From an uncultured Nitrososphaeraceae archaeon (GTDB taxonomy: Archaea; Thermoproteota; Nitrososphaeria; Nitrososphaerales; Nitrososphaeraceae): a stretch of 64,000 nt of DNA. The stretch is taken from positions 9,008 through 73,007 of the forward strand of contig CAWIMJ010000007.1 in NCBI GenBank assembly GCA_963837175.1, in the 5' to 3' direction. Below are positions 55,804 through 64,000 of the stretch, piece by piece. The position numbers were made by a program, and so were the translations under genes. Under the pieces are notes generated by a model. The model was not told the DNA's origin. It made no database searches and saw only the letters and a list, made by a program, of their open reading frames with translations. Position 1 is the stretch's first letter, and each line of letters opens with the position of its first letter.

Positions 55804-56182
55804 ATTATATCATTGTCACTAGTAAACAAAAACGCCTTTTAAACTCTTATTGAATTATCTACGCGTCAGATTTCAAATATGCTCCATCATATGTCTTGAA
55901 CTTTCAAGATTAAAATACGAAAAACTGTTTCTTTCCTTAAGAGTCATTATATAAATCAATGAATTGCGTAGTGAAATTTTTACAATTAAATAACTCATAG
56001 AAGATACGCTCCACCATTTACTTTTGTTATTGTAGACGGAACTGTGAGATCAGCGATAAGCCAGACGAACGTATGGGTGTAAAGCAAGCTGCCTCTTGTT
56101 AGATGATTATTTGTCAATTACCTTGCTACGTTATTTTGGCATAACATTATTGCTAATTCTGGCTGCATTCGTGCAAATTTAA

Positions 56183-56731
56183 TTATCTAATATCAACTTG
56201 AGTCATTCTTTTAATTTTATCGCGCCATGATTGAATCATTTCTTTATTTTCTTCTATTACTCCTATCTGTTTCCCATTTATCGTGACATCATCATCTACA
56301 GAGTGAGATTGTGTTAGTTGAAATTTTTGTATGTTTGGATCATCTTTTTTGACCACGGAATTGGAATTAGCATCTTTAATATCCCGGGGCTTTTCGATCA
56401 TATTTCCTACTTGTCTCAAAAATCCTTTGTAGATATTAGTAGTATTTTCTCGAAATGTTTCAGAGATTTTTCCTGGTTCCTCTGTACTTTTTGTTGTTAT
56501 TTGTTTTTCTTGTTCTTCTATTGGTTTATGAGGTTTATCAAAAGTCCCTTTGTATTGCTTCTTTTCCTCATCTTTGAGATATTCTTCTAATAATGCTGCT
56601 TGTCCCATTATTTGGCCTTTACCACAGTCTGAGAATCCATTATTTTGGAGAAATACCATATATTTTAGTAAGACTTTACAATCTAATAATTTGGACTTTG
56701 CTTCTTCGGTCGATATCAGAGCCATATCCAT
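56183..56731 (-). CDS. Hypothetical protein
   Basis: 182-aa ORF with charged, protein-like composition; no family recognised. Confidence 0.55.
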   Translation of the reverse strand: MDMALISTEEAKSKLLDCKVLLKYMVFLQNNGFSDCGKGQIMGQAALLEEYLKDEEKKQYKGTFDKPHKPIEEQEKQITTKSTEEPGKISETFRENTTNIYKGFLRQVGNMIEKPRDIKDANSNSVVKKDDPNIQKFQLTQSHSVDDDVTINGKQIGVIEENKEMIQSWRDKIKRMTQVDIR

Positions 56732-57533
56732 TACTTATAATTATGCCTTATCTTTGTTTTTAAATTCGTATAAGTCCAAATATTTTGTTAATTCGGATGC
56801 TAAAAGTTGATCTGACGTGTTACATATTCTTAAAGATGAAGACTAATACATCTATGCTAATCAAATAGCATCAGATTTTCAATAAAAGCAATTATCAGTT
56901 AATAATACTCTGTCAATACTCTATAGCAATAGACTAAAAAAGGTATTAGCCTTCATATATTATATCATTATATCTGATGATATGGGTGAATGACTATTGC
57001 CAAGACATTATCATTATAGCAAATTTATATATAGAGAAGTAATTCTAAAATTAGATGAAATAAACTAATGTTGTAGATTACAATCTTTCACAGACTCAAA
57101 GAATATGCAAACAAATCTTTTAAATCAACAATTTTAAATTGCTATTAAAAAGAGATACGAGATTTGAAGTTATCATTAACACTAGAGTCATGTAAGTTAA
57201 GTAAAGATTAACATGCAAAGCTGCATCGATAATATTAATGTAATAGAAAGTTTTATCGTGGGATGACTAAACCATATGTTATCACGTATGCACAATATAC
57301 TTGTATTTCTGGCAGAGTTATAGTATATCCAAAGCGATTGAACCATTTGTAGAACTTATGTTGCTATATTGGATTAGATACATTGGTTCGATCCAAACAC
57401 ATCTATCAATTTAATAATAAGATAATACTGGTATTCATTATTAAACAAAAGCTCAAATATACATATGCAGCATAGAAGAATTTTTCTCTGAACTATTTCA
57501 TTATAAAATTTGGCTTAATTCTAGGCGTTTGCA

Positions 57534-57818
57534 TTACATTTCTAGTGATTCCCTGTGTTTCCTTTCTTTTGCTTTGCTTTTTTCTTCAGTTATTATAATT
57601 AGATCAGCTAATGAGAATTGACTACTGAATCTCCTTTTAGCATCAATATTAAATAATTTGACTGATTCTCCTAAGACTTTATCAAAAGTTGGTTGGTCGA
57701 CTTCAATCTTTTTGGAGGATTGCAGCCAGATTGCTTGAAAGTAATTGCCAGCATAATGATCGCATCTGTTAGATGCTTTTGTAGTCATCAATGTTATCTG
57801 AATCTTCATAGTAAACAA
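57534..57818 (-). pseudogene. Probable gene fragment (hypothetical)
   Basis: C-terminal half is protein-like (EVDQPTFDKVLGESVKLFNID); N-terminal half looks unrelated. Confidence 0.3.
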
Positions 57819-58705
57819 ATGCGTGATTTACAAATCCTTTGTAGATTATTGTCATTAAATATTAAGTCATCTAGGTAACGGTTTTATCAAGCATTATCAC
57901 GTAATTTTTTATGACAGTTCTGTAACTTATATCTCTCAGGTCTTCTAGCTATAATACTTGATCAAAGAAGGAGATTCCTATACAGTGGAGGATGGAGATA
58001 TTTTTCTTTTTTTATAGACCAAAAGACGACGCGGAAGAAGTTACATCAAATGAATGGAATTTGGCTTTGAATAGACTCTCTAAGTCTAGTCTTGATTGTA
58101 TGCGAAAGAATTTCTTTCTGCTGAATCTACTGCCTAAATTGGAGATAAAAGAAAGGGAGGTGTTAAATCACTTGAACAGATAAACATCTGTGAAAAATCA
58201 AGATAATAAGCAGCTGCTTTTACTTCATTAGATAAGCAGTCAAAATATTCTTCATACATCAATGAACAGTTTACAGATAAACTAAGTATGAATTCATAGG
58301 CAGCAAAAATCTCTTTAATTATAAATTACACGGCATTAATACCTTCCTAAACAAAACTTTCCAAATGAGCAGCAACAATTCGATCGATCCTATGAATTAA
58401 AATAATGTCAACAGGTGAAAATATCAAAGGATAGACCGTTGTCATTCAAGCAGCTTCATATACAACCACTATCACGGTCGCTTTCGCAGTGATTTCCCAA
58501 AGAACGAAGACGAAGCACAGAAAATCTGCGCTAAAATTGGACAAAAAGTATAGAATATAAAAGAAATAAATATCAGATATTAATTACTAAACAAAACCTA
58601 TTAATCATAAGTTGGTGAAGGTAAAAGAGATTGGAAAGATAAAAAATAAAAAGGAAGACCAAAAATAGATGATTGGTGCATCTAGTCTTTCAGTATCAGT
58701 CCTGA

Positions 58706-59395
58706 GTGAAAATGAATATGGTTTTTCGAGATAGAATTGATGCCGCTGAAAAACTTGCCGAGAAATTACAGTGGCTAAAGCAAGAAGATAAAGAAGGAAG
58801 GGAGAAGAATCCTATTATGATTCTTGCTATTCCTCGTGGCGGTGTAGTCATTGGTGATATTATTTCGAGAATACTTGATGCTAAACTTGATGTTGTAGTT
58901 TCACGAAAGATTGGTGCGCCTTATAACGCTGAACTCGCACTAGGTGCTGTCATGCCTGATGGCAGTTTTTTTCCAAATGAAAACATTATAAGAATGTTGA
59001 AAGTATCAGAAAGTTACATTAATGCTGAAATAGACGCACAGATGAAAGAGATTGATCGTCGGTTAATAAGTTTTAGAGGAAGTAAAGAGTACGATAACAA
59101 TCTGCAGTACAAAACAGTGATTTTAGTTGATGATGGTATTGCAACTGGAGCAACCATATTAGCTGCTTCTCAGTGGATAAAGAAGAACAAAAATTGTAAA
59201 AAATTAATCATAGCTGTACCTGTAGCACCAAAAGATATCGCTGATAAAGTGAATAAAGTGGCGGATACAGTAGTAGTTCTATATTCTCCTTCATCATTTG
59301 AAGCTGTTGGACAATTCTATCATGATTTTTCTCAAGTTAGCGATAATCAAGTGAAGGAAATAATGCACAGGCATGGATACAAGACGTCTTTCTAA
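58706..59395 (+). CDS. Phosphoribosyltransferase family protein
   Basis: FRDRIDA, AIPRGG, RKIGAP, LVDDGIATGAT, AVGQFY.DF.QV. Confidence 0.92.
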   Translation: MKMNMVFRDRIDAAEKLAEKLQWLKQEDKEGREKNPIMILAIPRGGVVIGDIISRILDAKLDVVVSRKIGAPYNAELALGAVMPDGSFFPNENIIRMLKVSESYINAEIDAQMKEIDRRLISFRGSKEYDNNLQYKTVILVDDGIATGATILAASQWIKKNKNCKKLIIAVPVAPKDIADKVNKVADTVVVLYSPSSFEAVGQFYHDFSQVSDNQVKEIMHRHGYKTSF

Positions 59396-59743
59396 ACTTT
59401 CTAAATTTATATTGTTTTACTAAAAATTGTTTGATCAAGACGCAATCTCCTGTTTAGAAAATAGTGTGGCATATACATCCAAGTATCCAGGATAATACAT
59501 GGGATCATAACTTTTTTTTATATCATATCATTATGGATTTATTTTTCCATATTATTGAGAATCTTTTTCTCATTAAAAACCCGTCGCTATGTCCGAGTTT
59601 TATTCTATTAGATTAATTAATAACAATGACTGGAGTGAATAATGCTTTAACATCATAACTATGCTAATAAATAATAATTAAATAAGTAGAATTTATTTTG
59701 CATACTGTTTTCTAAAATTTTATTATAATGAAAACCATTCATA

Positions 59744-60043
59744 TTAGATGGTTATGCAGTCTTTAATTTTATCTACAACATGATTGCTATTTGTGAGGTC
59801 AAAAACACGTCCTTGATTATACATTTTTAAAAACACTCGTCCTTTTTCAGTTGTCTGGTAAATTATTGTTTGGTCTGTGAAGTCAATTTGTTCTATAAGT
59901 AGCGTTTCTATTAAGGAAGGTAAGTACATTTTAAGTTGTGTGCAGTTGAGTTGAGCCTTTGTGATTATTTTTCCCTTTGTTTCTCCAAACAACGTTGCGT
60001 TTAGTATCATTGCCATAATATCTGTCCTACTCCTATACTTCAA
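59744..60043 (-). CDS. Winged helix-turn-helix protein (archaeal YRSRxDI type)
   Basis: MKYRSRTDIMAMIL...YQTTEKGRVFL. Confidence 0.8.
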   Translation of the reverse strand: MKYRSRTDIMAMILNATLFGETKGKIITKAQLNCTQLKMYLPSLIETLLIEQIDFTDQTIIYQTTEKGRVFLKMYNQGRVFDLTNSNHVVDKIKDCITI

Positions 60044-60197
60044 TTTGCAAAAGTTTTCTGTTTTTTAGTATAAGCTGCATACTAAAAAAATTCTACTCTT
60101 TTTGTAAATAGTAAGCTATTAGTGTTATGACATTAGACTATATATGTATACTGAGAGATCGATTTATCCAAGAAATGCCTTTGAATAGTCGTTTTAT

Positions 60198-60731
60198 TTA
60201 TGTTTTATCCATAATTTTCGGAGATGCGCCAGGATCTTTACTAATAAGCATTATCCAATACATCAGACTATTTTGATTTAATTTTTGCAATTTAATTTTA
60301 GCTTCCTTTAGCAATTGTGTGCCATCCTCTGGATAACTGGCAAGAACAACTATTCTTGTGATACCTACGCTGATCGCCATCTTGCTACATTCCAAACATG
60401 GAGCAAAGGTAGAATATAGAGTAGCGCCTCTTGTACTTCCAGCATTTCCAAATAACGCACATTGCATTATTGCATTGGCCTCTGCATGAGTACACAGACA
60501 TCGGTCTAAATGTTCACCTGACCTTATTTCTCCTTTAATCCTAGATAGGCATCTTTGGCATCCACCTTCATAACAGTTTTTGATACCGGATGGAGTTCCA
60601 TTGTACCCTGTTGCTATTTGCCTATTATCCTTTACAATTATAGCACCTATGTGTCTTGTAAGACAGTTTGAACGAAGCTTTGCAACCTCTGCCTGAAGCA
60701 TAAAGTAGATATCCCAGTCAGGTCTTTTCAT
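60198..60731 (-). CDS. dCMP deaminase family protein
   Basis: RPDWDIYF, TGYNG, HAEANA, PCLEC. Confidence 0.92.
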   Translation of the reverse strand: MKRPDWDIYFMLQAEVAKLRSNCLTRHIGAIIVKDNRQIATGYNGTPSGIKNCYEGGCQRCLSRIKGEIRSGEHLDRCLCTHAEANAIMQCALFGNAGSTRGATLYSTFAPCLECSKMAISVGITRIVVLASYPEDGTQLLKEAKIKLQKLNQNSLMYWIMLISKDPGASPKIMDKT

Positions 60732-60995
60732 GTTGTGACTTGTCAATAACACACAGTATAAAAGTTGTTGACTTAATATTGAAGAAAACTTGAAATACGC
60801 CAAAATAAATGGCCTCTTGAATTAATTTGTGATTTGATGTTACTCATCCAAAATTCAAAAGAACATGATAGATATGAGTAAGTTATTTTTTGCGGAAACG
60901 GCTCAGAGCTAGAAGATAGTCATCATTACCGTCTCTGCAGTAACAGTAATATTTGATAGGCTGCAAAGATAGATAAATGTTAAGAATAGGAAGAT

Positions 60996-61585
60996 CTAGC
61001 TGCAAAAGAAAAATTTGGCCTTGAATATGTTGCTATCACAGACCATACAAAAAGCTTGAAATTGACTAATGGACTTGATGAAAAACAGATACTGGATCAA
61101 GCTAATAAAATTTCAGAAATTAATGACAAGTTAAAATTAATGAATCAGTATACTAAAAGATCAAAAAAAAATCATCATCATCATGATCATCATATATTCT
61201 CAGGCAATTTTCGAATTTTGTCATCTGCCGAAGTAAATATAATGAAGGATGGATCGCTTGATATTGCGAATAATGTGTTAGACAAACTTGACATAGTAGG
61301 AGGCAGCAATCCATTCTAGTTTCGCACAACCAATAGAAGTCCAAACTGAGAGATTAATAAGAACTGCACAGAATCCTAGTGTTGATATTATTTTTCATCC
61401 TACGGGTAGACGAATAAATAAAAGAGAAGGATATGCTGTTAATATGGAGAAATTGATAGATGTAGCAAAAGATACAGACACTGTTCTGGAAATCGATGCT
61501 CATTATGACCGTCTTGATCTAAAAGACGATTATATAAGAATGGCAGTTGAAAATAGTATTAAACTTGTCATTGATTCAGATGCAC
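60996..61585 (+). repeat. Near-identical partial copy of the polX PHP region (donor 15338-15926); non-functional fragment
   Basis: 590 vs 589 bp; by eye three substitutions and one extra G; lacks the polX start and 3' end. Confidence 0.93.
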
Positions 61586-61821
61586 GTCTATTAGTCTGAA
61601 GGAATTGGTTTTGTATTAGAATTGAGGACTGCATCCAAACGAAGAACGATTCAAAAATTCTGATAACAAATTCAAGACTGCAACGGTATTACGAAATATA
61701 AAATTATTAGTATTAAATATTCTAAATGTTGACCAATTTTATTGAATTTTAGAGAGAATATTAAACTAGGTTTCAAATTCATTTCAGTAGAATCATGGTA
61801 TATTATTTTCTATACGTTATT

Positions 61822-62193
61822 TTATTCGTTTAAATTTATTATTTTATGTACTTGTCTTATTAACTCTGTATTTTCAATAGGTTTTCTAATAAATTGCTCC
61901 TCATCTAACGTTGGGAACGTTTCCTTAAGCGACCTATAATTAACATCACCAGCTGTCAAAAAACAAACCTTCACTCTATTATCAATTTTCATAACTTCCT
62001 TGTATACTTCAAAACCATCTTTTTTTGGCATTTTTATATCTAGGATTAAAACGTCATACAAATTAGCTTTAAAATTTTCTAATGCCAAAAGAGGATCATT
62101 AAATGAATCAACTATGAAATTGTTCTCTTCTAATACTATTCTTAGTGCTAAATTAACATCTGGTTCGTCATCTACTATTAAGATTCTTTTCAT
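61822..62193 (-). CDS. Single-domain response regulator (receiver)
   Basis: ILIVDDE, LDIKMP, FLTA, RKP. Confidence 0.92.
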   Translation of the reverse strand: MKRILIVDDEPDVNLALRIVLEENNFIVDSFNDPLLALENFKANLYDVLILDIKMPKKDGFEVYKEVMKIDNRVKVCFLTAGDVNYRSLKETFPTLDEEQFIRKPIENTELIRQVHKIINLNE

Positions 62194-62541
62194 CTTACAT
62201 TCCTTCTCCTGATCGTTCTGATGATAACCGATAGCATTATAGTTTTATATAAAAAATTTTTATTTACCTGGCGACTAAAACTAGATAAGGCAATTATTTG
62301 CTGCCTTAACTAAATCTGTGAATAAACATAATAATATTTGAGGTACTTTAAGATTATTACAATATGTGTTGTTACATGTGTAGCGGTCTGCAAAAATACC
62401 TGAGTGAGTATGTTGGCACATCAAATAATACATTTGACAATCGATTGTAAATCTAGGGAAATCATTCCTAATCAGATATAAAAATGATATTCAGTAACGC
62501 CTATTTTTGGATCTAATCATTCACAATTCTTTTAATTAGTT

Positions 62542-63720
62542 GAGGCTTGGGCATAATTCCAGGTTCATCATTTTAACAATATCTATTGATCATTGTCTAT
62601 TTAGCTAGCCTTTGGATGTCTGATGTTCTAGTGAGAAACAACGAAACAAGTCCAAAGACTAGACTATGGTAGTAGATCAGAATCTATCCTTATTAGCATT
62701 TTGTACCTGATAGATCGCATATCATGGCCTACTTTCAAAAGAAGGAACAGCCGTGGGAGGCCATATGTTTATTCACAGACTGTAATCATGAAGTGCTTTA
62801 TAGTTAGAATATGGTTTAGACTGGATTCTAACAATGCATTACATGAATTCTTGGAAATGGATTATCCGTACAATAAGAAGATAATGAAAGCATGTGGCCT
62901 AACACAGATACCAGACAGGCGTACGTTTGACAGACGTCTAAGAACGATATCTACAGATATAAAAGAAAGAATAGTTGTCATGACAAATCATTTCATATAT
63001 GAAGGAATGATAGACCCATACATTGTTGCAATAGATAGTACTTTACTCAAGGCCAAAGGACATATCTGGCACAAATCATCTATGAAAAAAGATATAGTAC
63101 CACGTTCTGGAATTGATACTGATGCAAGATGGGGATTCAGCCATACCAAGGGTTGGATATTTGGTTACAAACTCCATTTGATATCAAGTACTGGACCTAT
63201 TATAGTACCATTAGCAGCAGATTTTACAACTGCTAATGTACAGGATAATCAATTGTATAATCCAATGACTGCATCATCTTCTCTAATCACAGAAGAAACA
63301 TGTTTCATGATAGGTGATTCTGGGTATGACGATCAAAAACTATATGATCTTAGCATCAATAGAGGATTTGAACTAGTGTGTCCAGTACAAAGATATGAAC
63401 ATACTTCGACTAAAAGACTACACCTTATAGAATTCTATGAATCTGAATTAGGACAGGCCATTTATTCTTGGAGAAGCAAATCGATAGAACCATTAATAGA
63501 ACATCTAAAACAGGTATTTAGAATAGATCCATTACTTATAAGAGGATATCACAAGGCTGCTGGACTAGGACCTCTTATCAGTACCTCTATACCAGGTACT
63601 TGTCTATTACAATCTTAAAATGACAAGAAAACAACCAAAAGCAATCAAACATCTATTGTGTAGTTAATCTGACAATAAATGAATGATGAAAATTATAACA
63701 TCGAATTATGCCCAAGTCTC
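62542..63720 (+). mobile_element. Insertion sequence (IS4/IS5-like DDE), 1179 bp, 18-bp TIRs, 8-bp TSD
   Basis: Left GAGGCTTGGGCATAATTC (62542-62559) vs reverse complement of 63703-63720 GAGACTTGGGCATAATTC (17/18). AATTAGTT flanks both ends (62534-62541, 63721-63728). Confidence 0.92.
62616..63667 (+). CDS. DDE transposase; apparent frameshifts near both ends of ORF 62701-63618
   Basis: AIDST, GYKLH, GDSGYD, SIEPL; alternative frames give MSDVLVR (62616) and ...YQVLVYYN...HLLCS* (63667). Confidence 0.85.
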
Positions 63721-64000
63721 AATTAGTTAGCATCTCATTTGCATCAAAATCATCTAATTTTTTACTCATAAAGAATAAGATCTATACATAAATGCGAAAG
63801 ACAACTATAAGGTATCATTGTAATAAACGTTCTGTTCCATAATTAAACATTCTAATCAAATAATCGCTATATCCTCGCAGTTTCATATCAACAACTATGT
63901 AGTACAAAGACGCCTTAAGAAGCATGTATGTATATTATATCCAGCAGTTAGATAGAAGAATTAGGATAGTCATACTGCTCTCACCAACCTTGATATTATT

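Noticed and set aside
57383-57396. TTGGTTCGATCCAA T-arm-like hairpin as a tRNA remnant or att site
   Set aside because: No cloverleaf, acceptor stem or nearby integrase.
57960-58045. GDIFFFYRPK-like fragment of a conserved hypothetical family
   Set aside because: Only about 25 codons are recognisable; not enough to call without a search.
60996-61585. polX duplicate as a DGR template/variable repeat pair
   Set aside because: No reverse transcriptase in the window, the repeat is much longer than typical TRs, and there are only three substitutions, one not at A.

Overview
AT-rich archaeal chromosome segment. Gene content points to an ammonia-oxidising archaeon of the Nitrososphaerales: heme-copper oxidase with a type-1 copper domain, F420-dependent NADP reductase, futalosine radical-SAM pair, HMG-CoA synthase, beta-CASP RNase and an intron-containing tRNA-Pro. 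Positions 1-30 kb are mostly core genes: cox, a PspA/PspAA/HtpX/PspAB module, P-II, a B12-binding regulator, a Cas4-like protein, PolX, a glycosyltransferase cluster, mqnE/mqnC, hmgS and ilvA. Positions 30-44 kb are accessory and include a roughly 9.9-kb tyrosine-integrase island bounded by tRNA-Pro(GGG) and a degenerate att copy, carrying fumC plus a malic enzyme and several gene remnants. Positions 44-64 kb hold an ABC-2 transporter, an RNase, methyltransferases, a 590-bp copy of part of polX and a complete IS with TIRs and an 8-bp TSD. About a dozen single-base frameshifts look like long-read errors. The standout observation is a 21-nt, stop-containing, in-frame insertion (20867-20887) in a GT4 glycosyltransferase gene. 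It folds into a relaxed bulge-helix-bulge whose canonical cut sites restore a YGGGE motif exactly, making it a candidate tRNA-type intron in an archaeal mRNA. All calls come from reading the sequence by eye; no database searches were run.
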